Shown here: one piece after another, positions 35,070 to 44,569 of the stretch | Position numbering within the stretch: position 1 is the stretch's first letter | How the letters are laid out: every line of letters begins with the position of its first letter | Virus record (IMG/VR): IMGVR_UViG_3300023174_004605 | Location: 31,737 to 95,736 of that record | Length of the DNA: 64,000 bases | Source: a virus | Strand: one strand, 5' to 3' | Position numbers and translations under genes: made by a program | Notes under the pieces: model-generated | Seen by the model: only the letters and a program-made list of their open reading frames with translations | Databases searched by the model: none | Told to the model about the DNA's origin: nothing

Positions 35070-36403
35070 AGTGTATTATACCAAGTTACAAGTGTAGGAA
35101 ATGTTTTTGCAAAATCTTTGCTTCGTCTTTGATCATACTGAGTGTAAAATTGTCGAAAATCGTTGTGAAGCTTGGGAGTTTCAAAAGTGTCACTGTGCGG
35201 AGTTTTTACGCGATCCAAATAATCAATCAATCTGGACATGTGGTTGATTTCATGCTCGTGCATGTATTCCTGTTCTCGGTGACGTTCCTGCCATAGAATC
35301 AGGCGATTTCTATAATATACCAACAGATATTCAGGCAGGACCAAGGGACTCTGGAAACTGGGGAACCGCAAGATATTAAGTGTAAAATTAACACGCTCGC
35401 GACCATATACTTTCTTTAACCAAATCAACTGATCCAAAAATGTATCCAGACTATCTAAACAAAGTGCATTGATGGTACACATAACATGCACGGCACGTAT
35501 GTGATCACGTTCCAGTAGTTCCTGAAGATTATGCATCCATAGATCATAATCAAGACCGTCTCTGATGTATTCGGCCTGAGCATCAACCGCTTCGTTGCTG
35601 GTATAAATTTCTAGATGTGGAATATCTTGAGTCTTCTCTATAAATTCTAATAGTCGCAAGCGATCCATGCCCAGGTTTGAGTTAATGGCCAATCTTGTTT
35701 GACTCTTGCCCTTGTTGGACTTGAACCAATCAATCAACCGCCACAGTTCGCCGCTCATGGTAGGCTCACCACCAGTGATCCTGAGTTCTTGAAGCGTTTG
35801 GTGGAGATCGGTTTCCCACCATGCAAAAAATGCATCAACATAGGGATTGTGTTCACCAAATCGGTATAACTGAGCACTGGCATGTTCATGTGTAAAATGA
35901 TTACGGCCATCTGAAATCAAATTATTGTAGGAACCATTGTTTTTAATGTCCTTTGCCCAGGTGCTGGAGAATGCAGGATTACAATAGCTACAGGCAAACT
36001 GACATGTGCGATCAAAAGCAATTTCAAGAGTGCGTAGATTTACGTCAGCCTGGGGATCAGTATTAAATGCTTCATCCAACGCCGCCAAGGGATATATTTT
36101 GCTTTTATACACACGATCGCTAATAGCATCTACTCCCATGTCTTCGATCTTCCAGCAGTATTCACAGCCAGGTGGGCGAGATCCAGCCTGCATCATGGCA
36201 CGATCTAATTTCTTTTGTGGGGTGTTGTGTATGGCCTTGGGATTGGTTTTAAGTGATTGGGTATCTATGGCATGGGCCGGAGGATGATGACAGCTGGTGG
36301 TCTGGCCTGATCCCAGCCATATGGTGGCATTGTACCATTTGGCGCCACAAAAACTGGCACTTTTGGTGTCAAGATGTTGCCTACGAAATTTTAAATCCGT
36401 CAT
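35066..36403 (-). CDS. Twitch-domain radical SAM protein
   Basis: CGAKW...SCHHP...CEYCW; CQFACSYC; TGGEP. Confidence 0.93.
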   Translation of the reverse strand: MTDLKFRRQHLDTKSASFCGAKWYNATIWLGSGQTTSCHHPPAHAIDTQSLKTNPKAIHNTPQKKLDRAMMQAGSRPPGCEYCWKIEDMGVDAISDRVYKSKIYPLAALDEAFNTDPQADVNLRTLEIAFDRTCQFACSYCNPAFSSTWAKDIKNNGSYNNLISDGRNHFTHEHASAQLYRFGEHNPYVDAFFAWWETDLHQTLQELRITGGEPTMSGELWRLIDWFKSNKGKSQTRLAINSNLGMDRLRLLEFIEKTQDIPHLEIYTSNEAVDAQAEYIRDGLDYDLWMHNLQELLERDHIRAVHVMCTINALCLDSLDTFLDQLIWLKKVYGRERVNFTLNILRFPSFQSPLVLPEYLLVYYRNRLILWQERHREQEYMHEHEINHMSRLIDYLDRVKTPHSDTFETPKLHNDFRQFYTQYDQRRSKDFAKTFPTLVTWYNTL

Positions 36404-37590
36404 TGATATTTTTCTATAAAACGCCTAAACTGCTGAGGGAGTTCTTGAGGAACACGATGTCGATATTCTATGTAAAGCTGTTGATTGTATTTACATACAT
36501 TGTAACATTCTTGATAGAAACTTGCAAGATCTTGTTGGCACAAGTCTTCCACAACCTGGGCTATTTTTTCAATACGTGTTTGATTGTCTGTTATAGAATC
36601 AAAAGATTCATCAATGATATGGTCAAAAGTTTTGAATCCCATGCGTCGGATATCTTTATAGAAACCTGCGTTGGCCACTGCTATCCAAGGATGTCCTATA
36701 GCTATGGGTTTCCAGATTTTTTCTGTCCTGAAGCTGTAAGGATAATTGAACACAGTTTCAGTGACTAAGCTAAAATAGGTATCTCTGTAGGCTGTGCCAT
36801 CCACCGTAGCGTCGCCCCAGGTATTATCAAACAAATTACGTTTTACGTTTCCGCCACTGGGGATTTTGTCAAGATTGTTCCTGAATCTAGGTGCCTCATA
36901 TTGGGCAGGTAGCAGTTTTAATGATGTAGGTGAGTCTATCATGTCAATGCCATTGTGAAAATATTCTAATTTTACAGATTTGAGATTGTTGAAATTTTGC
37001 CAACGCTCTTGCGGCACACTCTTAATCAATGCAAGGTCGGAATCAAGATTGGTCCACAGGCTGTGTTCTAAAACACCAGTGATCCGGAATCTTTCCAGTA
37101 GATATTTCCTGTGTGCTCGCAGACGGCCATTCAAAAACAAAAATTTATAAGGTTTGTCGGTTTGAGCAAAATATTCATCTAGTCTGGTACCGGCCTCGAC
37201 ATTTTCATCGAAATCAAAGATCTTTGGCAGGAAATATTCATAGCTCATGTAAGGCCACTTGGTAGGATCCATGTCGCCACCACCTATTAATAGGAGCTTG
37301 CCTTGTTCAATCAATGGAACTAGTCCTTTAATGAAACACCATGTGACCAAGGTTTCACTTCCTTCGGCAGCGTTGTCTATCACGACGGTCACTGTTCCAT
37401 CCTGTGCCAGCTTTTGTATTTCTTGATTGTTTATATTGACTTGCTCTCGACACATGACATATACGGCACCCGGCACGATTGTGTGTTGTTTTAGATCCCA
37501 GAACTCATCGTCGGCCCAGGGCAACAGTTCTCTATAAACTTCGCTATGTGTATCTAATACTAATTTACGATTGCCGAGCATAATACTCAC
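36400..37590 (-). CDS. Glycosyltransferase-like protein (TEK motif family)
   Basis: FLFLNGR.R.HR, SLVTET, TEKIWKPI, GFKTFD..IDESFD. Confidence 0.55.
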   Translation of the reverse strand: MSIMLGNRKLVLDTHSEVYRELLPWADDEFWDLKQHTIVPGAVYVMCREQVNINNQEIQKLAQDGTVTVVIDNAAEGSETLVTWCFIKGLVPLIEQGKLLLIGGGDMDPTKWPYMSYEYFLPKIFDFDENVEAGTRLDEYFAQTDKPYKFLFLNGRLRAHRKYLLERFRITGVLEHSLWTNLDSDLALIKSVPQERWQNFNNLKSVKLEYFHNGIDMIDSPTSLKLLPAQYEAPRFRNNLDKIPSGGNVKRNLFDNTWGDATVDGTAYRDTYFSLVTETVFNYPYSFRTEKIWKPIAIGHPWIAVANAGFYKDIRRMGFKTFDHIIDESFDSITDNQTRIEKIAQVVEDLCQQDLASFYQECYNVCKYNQQLYIEYRHRVPQELPQQFRRFIEKYQ

Positions 37591-38980
37591 ATTCCGACCA
37601 CCAGGTCTTCATTTCTGGAAAGGTTTTTAAGAAATCAGTTCCGCGCCTACGGTCGTGTTCGGCAAAAAATTTATAAAAGTCTGCTTTGTTTTTGTTGATG
37701 TATACATGATCTAACTTCTGCCCATCGCGCATCCAGGCTATGTCTCTATCTAAACGAGCTATTTCGTAGTCTTTGAATCCTTGAAATCTAGTAGTTTCAG
37801 TCTCGATATTTTTCAACATGTAGGCCCACACAGTTTCTAACTGGTCAACGTAACTCTCGGGCAACAGTTGAAGACTCTGCCAGGCAGGTTGTCGTAATAC
37901 AGGAGTGTCAAACCATATGCGTTGATATGTTTTACTATAGATTTTTCTCAAGCCTAGTATGGCTGACAACAATTTGCCCAGGCCAGTCACACTCAAATTG
38001 TTCATGGTCACAATAAATGTAATGCTGTTACGACCTGGTATATCTGTCAAAAACTGATTTACGCGATCCCAGAGTAGATCAAAATTCAATCCATGACGTA
38101 TGTATTCAGCTTGAGTTCCAAAACTATCTAAACTGACATATTGCATAAAATGTTCGATCTGTTCGCCTTCACACAACTGTTTGACATATTCTAAATACCG
38201 TTGCCAGCTTTTTTCATCTACACTGAAGTTTGATGTTACATTTAAGTGTAAGTTGGGCTTGGGATTGGCCAACACATAATCAAACACACGATAGGTATTT
38301 TTGTCCAGTAGTGGTTCACCACCAGTCATGCGAAAATGTTCTAGCTCTGGATATAGCGTTGGCCACCATTGCCAGAACGCTTCTACATATGGGTTATGCT
38401 CGCGAACGGGTATAGGACGATTGCGCCCAGTAAAATAACTAGGATCGTTGTGTCTATTGCTAGTAGGGTAAGCGCCATACTGATCCATTTCTTGTTGCCA
38501 AGTTGAACTAAACTGAGGACTACAGTAGCTACATGCCAAATTACAAGCATGATTAAAATTAACTTCAACATAACTAGGTAAGACATCTTCATCTCCTGTT
38601 GAATTTACTACAATATCAAAGTCTTTGGCGGCCCATGATTCACCAGAACGATAATGACGATCACTAAGCTTGCCATTATCTTCCATGGTCCAACAATAAC
38701 TGCACTCACCAGGGCGTTCTTGCCGTAGCATGATCTTGCGTTGTGCTTTTTTGTGTGGTGTGTTGTGTAATGCCGATGGGTTGTTGGCCAACAGCTCAGC
38801 TGGTATTTCATGCAAGGGTGGATGGTAGCAGGAATTATTGAGTCCTGTAGGTAAGTGTAGACTTACTTGTTTCCATTTAGCCAAGCAGAGTGCAGGACCA
38901 AGATTGTCCTTCATAAACTCTGCATCACCTAAGAATTTTGATTTAAATTCTTGTGATATTTCGTCGCCTTTGTTATTCAT
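37565..38980 (-). CDS. Twitch-domain radical SAM protein
   Basis: CLAKW...SCYHP...CSYCW; CNLACSYC; TGGEP. Confidence 0.93.
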   Translation of the reverse strand: MNNKGDEISQEFKSKFLGDAEFMKDNLGPALCLAKWKQVSLHLPTGLNNSCYHPPLHEIPAELLANNPSALHNTPHKKAQRKIMLRQERPGECSYCWTMEDNGKLSDRHYRSGESWAAKDFDIVVNSTGDEDVLPSYVEVNFNHACNLACSYCSPQFSSTWQQEMDQYGAYPTSNRHNDPSYFTGRNRPIPVREHNPYVEAFWQWWPTLYPELEHFRMTGGEPLLDKNTYRVFDYVLANPKPNLHLNVTSNFSVDEKSWQRYLEYVKQLCEGEQIEHFMQYVSLDSFGTQAEYIRHGLNFDLLWDRVNQFLTDIPGRNSITFIVTMNNLSVTGLGKLLSAILGLRKIYSKTYQRIWFDTPVLRQPAWQSLQLLPESYVDQLETVWAYMLKNIETETTRFQGFKDYEIARLDRDIAWMRDGQKLDHVYINKNKADFYKFFAEHDRRRGTDFLKTFPEMKTWWSECEYYARQS

Positions 38981-40073
38981 ATTCGTGATTTCGTAAAATG
39001 TTATCTACTGCAAATGATTTAAAAGGCAATAGATCAAATACCTTTGCACCTCGTAGGTTATCTAATAATAGTATATGTGATATAGTTTGTTGAATTAAAT
39101 ATTGATTAATATTGCTATTGATTAAATTTTTAACATGCAACAGTAAGTCTAGGTCAACATCATATCTAGATTCGATATTGTTAATTTTGTCTAGTGCCAA
39201 GGATTTTAGCTTGTCAGGAATTACATCTAATGCCAGATAATCTGGACCGGTCAATATAATTGGCTGAACCATGATATTGTTAGACCAAGCATACTCATAT
39301 AATTCATCGATAAACCAAATATTTAAAATACTCAATACCGGAGACAGAGTAATATTGATATTTGAATCTTGAAAGATTTCTAATAGCTGAGCAAGATTTG
39401 ATTTTATTTTATCCCAGCTAGTTCCAGATCTAATATATTCTAATGGCTTGCCAACAGCGTCAATACTACACTGTATATCAACTTTTTTAAACTTTGTCCA
39501 TATGTCAATAATATTTTTATCTTTGTATTTTATTGTAGTTAAATTGGTATTATACATTAAAGATATATCAGAAGACCGGCCAGTATCAATTAGTTTTTCA
39601 AGCAAAGTCCAATGGTCTGCGCTAATCAGTGGCTCACCCCCAGTAAAATACATCCATTGTAACGAGTCTGTAATTAGTATATCGGTGTAGTTTTCCAAAG
39701 ATTGATGTTCTATCACTGGCAGTCTACCAAGTTCCTCGGCCCATTGATTACTAAAATGCGGGCCACAGTATCTACATTTTAAATTACATAGATTGGTATT
39801 TCTGATATCCACAAATTGTAAACCAACAGCCGATGTTTTTAATTGATCAAACATCATGCGATAACTGTTTAATCCATTATGCTCATTGACCATACACTTG
39901 TTACATGGGTGTGTAGGAGAAATCTCTACGTTTTTCAAATCTGCAAATCTGTTAGTATTGGATAATTCAGTAATAGGCTTCAAATATCCTGCATCAATTT
40001 GACAGCATGGTCCTATTTTTCCGTTAGGAAAAACAGTAACACCATGATCAAAAGCCGCACAGGTCCATGCCAT
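38973..40073 (-). CDS. Twitch-domain radical SAM protein
   Basis: C...GPCC...CNKC; CNLKCRYC; TGGEP. Confidence 0.92.
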   Translation of the reverse strand: MAWTCAAFDHGVTVFPNGKIGPCCQIDAGYLKPITELSNTNRFADLKNVEISPTHPCNKCMVNEHNGLNSYRMMFDQLKTSAVGLQFVDIRNTNLCNLKCRYCGPHFSNQWAEELGRLPVIEHQSLENYTDILITDSLQWMYFTGGEPLISADHWTLLEKLIDTGRSSDISLMYNTNLTTIKYKDKNIIDIWTKFKKVDIQCSIDAVGKPLEYIRSGTSWDKIKSNLAQLLEIFQDSNINITLSPVLSILNIWFIDELYEYAWSNNIMVQPIILTGPDYLALDVIPDKLKSLALDKINNIESRYDVDLDLLLHVKNLINSNINQYLIQQTISHILLLDNLRGAKVFDLLPFKSFAVDNILRNHEYE

Positions 40074-40074
40074 A

Positions 40075-41004
40075 CTACCAACCTTCTTGCTGTCGTATTA
40101 CATCAATCTCTCGTATCATTACACCGCGATTGTGCCAATTTGATCTATAATGTTGTTTGAAAAAAGCACTGGCCTGTTCATCCATCATGGTGATTGGTAA
40201 ATCCAATTGTGTGACAAGATCTTCGGCCACACGACCTGCTACAGTTTCAGGATCATGATCTTTTACAGTGTCCCAAAGTTTTTGTAATTCTGCAAAATCC
40301 TGCACCACTCGATGATCCCACTGTGGAGTTATCATGGTCATGTAAGTACCCATCCTGGCCCCGGCTATGGCCCAGATACCATGCTCTGCATCTCTACCCA
40401 CATTGTGCCATATGGTCAAGTGATCTAAATTGCGTTGATGCACTCGTTCGCGAAAAGCAGACACCGTAGGTCTGGCTCCATAATTCAAGCACATCTTTAC
40501 GCCTTCTCTAAATCCGGCACGCCAGGCATGAAAGGCACTGCCATTGGGGTAAGTGGTTGAATAACAGTCGTACATGGGCCAATATAATGGATGAAAACAG
40601 AATTCCACCTCGGTTTCGGTAGTTCCTTCTGTAGCCTCATGTGTGCGCATGTTGCGTACATGGGTACGTGTCCATGAACTGATTCCGCCATTGCCATACA
40701 TGAGTCCATTGACGTGATTTCTTGCTCGCCAACGGAACACAGCGGTTTCCCATTCACCGTCAGGTAATTGTAGGGTTAAGTTAAAAAACCTTTCATCGGG
40801 TATGTTGTCACCATCAATTAATATGAAACGTTCTGTGTCGCTGGCCTCACCGGCGGCTTTGTGAGCAGCATCCGATCCCTTGACACCATCCACCCGACGG
40901 GCCCAGGGAATCATGTTCTTGAGTCGCACCCAGAATTCCTCTTTCTGTGGCTCATCATAGGTCAAATAAATGCAATCTAAATCTGCTATGTCAACTTGCT
41001 TCAT
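40075..41004 (-). CDS. Glycosyltransferase-like (GT-A fold) phage protein
   Basis: CIYLTYDEP and FILIDGD (DxD) motifs; GAGG RBS before MKQVDI. Confidence 0.6.
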   Translation of the reverse strand: MKQVDIADLDCIYLTYDEPQKEEFWVRLKNMIPWARRVDGVKGSDAAHKAAGEASDTERFILIDGDNIPDERFFNLTLQLPDGEWETAVFRWRARNHVNGLMYGNGGISSWTRTHVRNMRTHEATEGTTETEVEFCFHPLYWPMYDCYSTTYPNGSAFHAWRAGFREGVKMCLNYGARPTVSAFRERVHQRNLDHLTIWHNVGRDAEHGIWAIAGARMGTYMTMITPQWDHRVVQDFAELQKLWDTVKDHDPETVAGRVAEDLVTQLDLPITMMDEQASAFFKQHYRSNWHNRGVMIREIDVIRQQEGW

Positions 41005-41353
41005 CTTCCTCGGGTTCCTCATGTTTTATGGCCCATTTTTTACTGGGCAACTGATCTGCAACAATCACACACACATCTTTTGGATCACAGGCTTGACCTT
41101 GCTCGGCTGGCACTAGTTTTTTTCCATACAAAACTTTGATGCGTTTGATTTTGCCTTCGACAATTCGTATGTGTTTGGGACTTTCTAGGTATGTTTGTCG
41201 GTCAATAACAACATAATTACCTTCTACCTGTTCGGTACTGTAAAATAAGGGCCACCCTTGAGCATCATAATAGAGCCGATATTCGATGTCAACCTGATCC
41301 GTGCGTTGATTTAACCATATCTCTAAAAACTCTTGTTCAGTCATCATGGTCAT
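40991..41353 (-). CDS. Hypothetical phage protein (MTMMTEQEFLEIW...)
   Basis: 3' part of track ORF 40991..41464. Confidence 0.7.
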   Translation of the reverse strand: MTMMTEQEFLEIWLNQRTDQVDIEYRLYYDAQGWPLFYSTEQVEGNYVVIDRQTYLESPKHIRIVEGKIKRIKVLYGKKLVPAEQGQACDPKDVCVIVADQLPSKKWAIKHEEPEEDEAS

Positions 41354-41609
41354 TGGGTTTTCTTTGATCAGCACGTATCTGCCCCTCAAAACTTTTTTCC
41401 TGTATGGTTTTTTCTTTCCAGGTGCGTCGGGGGTTTGTGCAAAGCAAACAATTTGGACGGCCACAATTCATGGCATGATGTTTGGCATATCTATGATATT
41501 CTTTTAAAGTAATACCATGAGCTCGGGCTATTCTGACTTGTCGTAATTCTGCATCTCGTGTTCTACTGATGCGTCTACTGTGTTTGATACGTTGAGAATC
41601 ATCACTCAT
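41337..41609 (-). CDS. Small basic protein with Cys/His cluster
   Basis: HHAMNCGRPNCLLCTNPR; GGAG RBS. Confidence 0.7.
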   Translation of the reverse strand: MSDDSQRIKHSRRISRTRDAELRQVRIARAHGITLKEYHRYAKHHAMNCGRPNCLLCTNPRRTWKEKTIQEKSFEGQIRADQRKPNDHDD

Positions 41610-42346
41610 GTTGCTCTCCAATCCTTGATGTGATAGTGAAAAAAACCCGACTGTGCCACAGTCTGCACACGCAAGCCAGGATCTGTGTTTTCCCAGACCA
41701 GTTCTTTGGTCCAGTCAGATGTTTGCGTGGGAATGATTGACTGTTTCATGTGTGTAACTGATGGTCCTAGGCCCACTGGCAGGGTCACTCGTTCTGGTCC
41801 CATGATTACTGCTACCATGGCATAGACCACGTCAGTGCTGGGCGTTTCATCGGGGAATTTTAAAAGACATTTGAATTGGTCCCAGTTTTCAAATATTTCC
41901 CGCACCCGCGAAAAAAATTCTTGTGCCGTGGCACTGAGACGCCAGTAGGTTATGGCATTGTAAACGTCGGGCAGTTGATTGTTGTCAAACAACTGTCGGT
42001 ATTTTCTTGATGTGGCGGGTTGGTTGTAAAAATTTCTGCAACCTTGGCTGATAACGACATCGCGGCGTTCAAACAAGGTCCACCAATGATCAACAGGACT
42101 GGTTACCAACATGTCGGCTTCCAGTTTGATGGTTTGCCGGTAAGGGCTGGCTTCAAAACACTGCCAATCGTTGGCCCATCCACCCTGATCACCGTGTGGT
42201 AACATTTCTTTTGTGAGTATGGTTATGTTGGCGTCGGGGTGATATTGACGCAGGCTATCAGCCAACTGTTCGGCACAGGCCACAAAATCGACCTGCCCTG
42301 AATTTATGGCCGGTATGACATAGCCGCGTTCAGCTGTTACCGGCAA
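41606..42346 (-). CDS. GT8-like glycosyltransferase
   Basis: SPYRQTIKLEAD (DxD-like); TDVVYA. Confidence 0.65.
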   Translation of the reverse strand: MPVTAERGYVIPAINSGQVDFVACAEQLADSLRQYHPDANITILTKEMLPHGDQGGWANDWQCFEASPYRQTIKLEADMLVTSPVDHWWTLFERRDVVISQGCRNFYNQPATSRKYRQLFDNNQLPDVYNAITYWRLSATAQEFFSRVREIFENWDQFKCLLKFPDETPSTDVVYAMVAVIMGPERVTLPVGLGPSVTHMKQSIIPTQTSDWTKELVWENTDPGLRVQTVAQSGFFHYHIKDWRAT

Positions 42347-43136
42347 TTATGGTCTCCAAGGCCTGTTTGCCCATGGCATGGAAATCTTGTTTTAAATACA
42401 TCCATTTGTTTTTTGATTCTGCAGTTTCATAAGTGATTTTGTATGTATCTTGATCAATCTGTTCCAGTTTGGTTTCCGGAGTAACTGTGACCAGACTCCA
42501 GGGTATGTGTGGCGATGACAGCGTGTGTCCATCCACTAGATTTTGGGCTATACTCATTGAGTAATCGTTGCGATAACTGTTTTCTCCAATGTGATAAAGA
42601 TGTCGATAGTGATCCCAGTTGTCACGTATCATCTGCATGGTATCAAATATGAATTGGGCTTTTTTACTGCGTTGGAAACACATGACCGTGGCCCAGCTCA
42701 TGGGCATGCGATACATGCCAAACCAGTTGTTGTCATAGAATGCCCCTTGGCCGGACACATCGTGGGCCCACCGATGGGCCAAAAAATCTTGGTTGGCACC
42801 GAACAAACAGGCCAATTGATCAGAGGCAACCACATAGTCCGCATCCAAGACCAAGGTATGGTCCCAGGGCGACAATTCATAAGCATTGGCTCGATTGGTG
42901 TTGTGCCACACTGCTACTTTTTTGTAGTCTTTGAAATAGCGTGGACGGCTTGAGCTGGGCAGATCTACCAGCACCACCCGATCAAAATTTGGATTGTCAG
43001 ATGCATCGGTCCTGTTGGTTACCACACACACAGGCAAATCAAGATGTCGATGTATGCGCTGGGCCGACCAAGCGGCCATGCTCAAATAGTCCACATGCTC
43101 GTTGTTGAAAGCAAATATTAAAACTCCACGAGTCAT
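42330..43136 (-). CDS. GT8-like glycosyltransferase
   Basis: YELSPWDHTLVLDADY; RNDYS; HAMGK. Confidence 0.7.
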   Translation of the reverse strand: MTRGVLIFAFNNEHVDYLSMAAWSAQRIHRHLDLPVCVVTNRTDASDNPNFDRVVLVDLPSSSRPRYFKDYKKVAVWHNTNRANAYELSPWDHTLVLDADYVVASDQLACLFGANQDFLAHRWAHDVSGQGAFYDNNWFGMYRMPMSWATVMCFQRSKKAQFIFDTMQMIRDNWDHYRHLYHIGENSYRNDYSMSIAQNLVDGHTLSSPHIPWSLVTVTPETKLEQIDQDTYKITYETAESKNKWMYLKQDFHAMGKQALETIIAGNS

Positions 43137-43435
43137 CTATTTTTGTTCATTTCCTGATATTCTACCAACCAGGCATTGAGTTGTTCTTGCCAGCGTTGTA
43201 GCACTTGTTCATAAAATTCTTCAGCATTGACTTGCACAGGTGTTTCATACAGGTCCAAAATAACCACAGGGCCTGTACAACATTTCAACAAGGTCAATAA
43301 TTCTGGACCAGCCTGCCACATACCGCCAGCATGGGCAAAAACAAATTTGGCTTGATATTTTTCTTTCAGTACCTGGCGGGCTTGGTGATGATCAAAACGG
43401 GCACGGCTGTGGGAGATGAGTTCGTTGGTATCCAT
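43133..43435 (-). CDS. Hypothetical phage protein (MDTNELISH...)
   Basis: ATG 6 nt after a TG-extended TATAAT on the minus strand. Confidence 0.75.
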   Translation of the reverse strand: MDTNELISHSRARFDHHQARQVLKEKYQAKFVFAHAGGMWQAGPELLTLLKCCTGPVVILDLYETPVQVNAEEFYEQVLQRWQEQLNAWLVEYQEMNKNR

Positions 43436-43467
43436 GTAGATATTATACAGCAAAAACTACGTAAGGT

Positions 43468-43489
43468 AAAGGGGCCGAAGCCCCTTTTT
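43468..43489. terminator. Hairpin terminator after the virion operon
   Basis: GGGGC-TTCG-GCCCC on the minus strand, flanked by A/T tracts. Confidence 0.75.
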
Positions 43490-43506
43490 GAGCAAATTAA
43501 GTTGCT

Positions 43507-44490
43507 CTAACTGTAAGGTGTTGCACTAACTGTGCTGGCCACTGTGGGTGCACCCCAGGTGTTGGTCAAGAAAGATGTAGATGGTGGGAAATAGGTCACA
43601 ACCGTAGTCGGAGCTGTTCCAAAAGTGATACCTGTCGTAGCAGTTCCGCCTGATATGCTTCGGCTACTTCCAGATGTGCTCCGTGCTGCCGAGAACCAGT
43701 TTGTGGTAAAGGTCAATACTGTGGCCGAGGTTTTGTTAACAATGACTTCAACATAGTTGGTGGTATAGGTATAGGCTGTGTCAAATTGTTTGTAGATTGT
43801 GACTGGCACGCCGGTAGACAGTTGATTGAATCCTGTGCCAGTGGCCAAAGTGGATGGTGTTCCTGTGCCACCAATGACCGTGGTTCCTGTGTATGACGTT
43901 CCTGCTATGGTCTTGCTGGACGCATCTGAAGAAAAATACACATCGCCACAAACGGTGTTGACTAGATTGTTCCATTCTGCGTCGGCATCATTGCCGGTGC
44001 TGGTCTTGCTGAATTCGGTCTTGATCAAGCCGCCGGCGCCAAAGAAGTTGGTGCAGGCCGTGGCATTGGCAAAAGTAATTGTGTCTGTGAAGGTTATGGT
44101 CCAGTTGGTGTTGGTATCTCCAACCTTGCTGGTCTGGCTAGCAGTTCCGGTCCATCCTGTGAATTGTGCTCCACTGCCTGCTGCAAAAAAGCGTCGGGTA
44201 TAACAACTGCCAATGTCGGTGTTGACATTGTTCAATATGGTGATGGTATTACCAGCACTTGGGCTGGTCCTACTAGTAATCGTAGTATTCTGATGGCTGG
44301 CCATGGTAGAAATGGTCGAATTCAATGTGGCCCATTGTGTGGCAGTGACTGTTCCGCCAGCGCTGACCGTGCTCAAGGCAGTTTGGCCGTAAGTGCTGTT
44401 CCAAGTTGCATTGATGTTTGCGTTTGAGGTAGTGCTTACAAAACCATTGTAGTCTGTTGCTTGTATTAGTCCGCCAACTGAATATGTCAT
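43507..44490 (-). CDS. Thr/Ser/Gly-rich virion structural protein
   Basis: Composition and position in the tail operon. Confidence 0.65.
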   Translation of the reverse strand: MTYSVGGLIQATDYNGFVSTTSNANINATWNSTYGQTALSTVSAGGTVTATQWATLNSTISTMASHQNTTITSRTSPSAGNTITILNNVNTDIGSCYTRRFFAAGSGAQFTGWTGTASQTSKVGDTNTNWTITFTDTITFANATACTNFFGAGGLIKTEFSKTSTGNDADAEWNNLVNTVCGDVYFSSDASSKTIAGTSYTGTTVIGGTGTPSTLATGTGFNQLSTGVPVTIYKQFDTAYTYTTNYVEVIVNKTSATVLTFTTNWFSAARSTSGSSRSISGGTATTGITFGTAPTTVVTYFPPSTSFLTNTWGAPTVASTVSATPYS

Positions 44491-44569
44491 TTTACTTTTT
44501 TTCCCTTTGTATTAGTTGATCAATTTCAACGCAATTATTTTGTAATCGCTGGGTTATTTTAACCTTTAT

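Noticed and set aside
26806-40073. Classical RiPP cluster
   Set aside because: No clear precursor array, RRE/PqqD protein, peptidase or exporter; sugar-pathway neighbours fit better. Not fully excluded.
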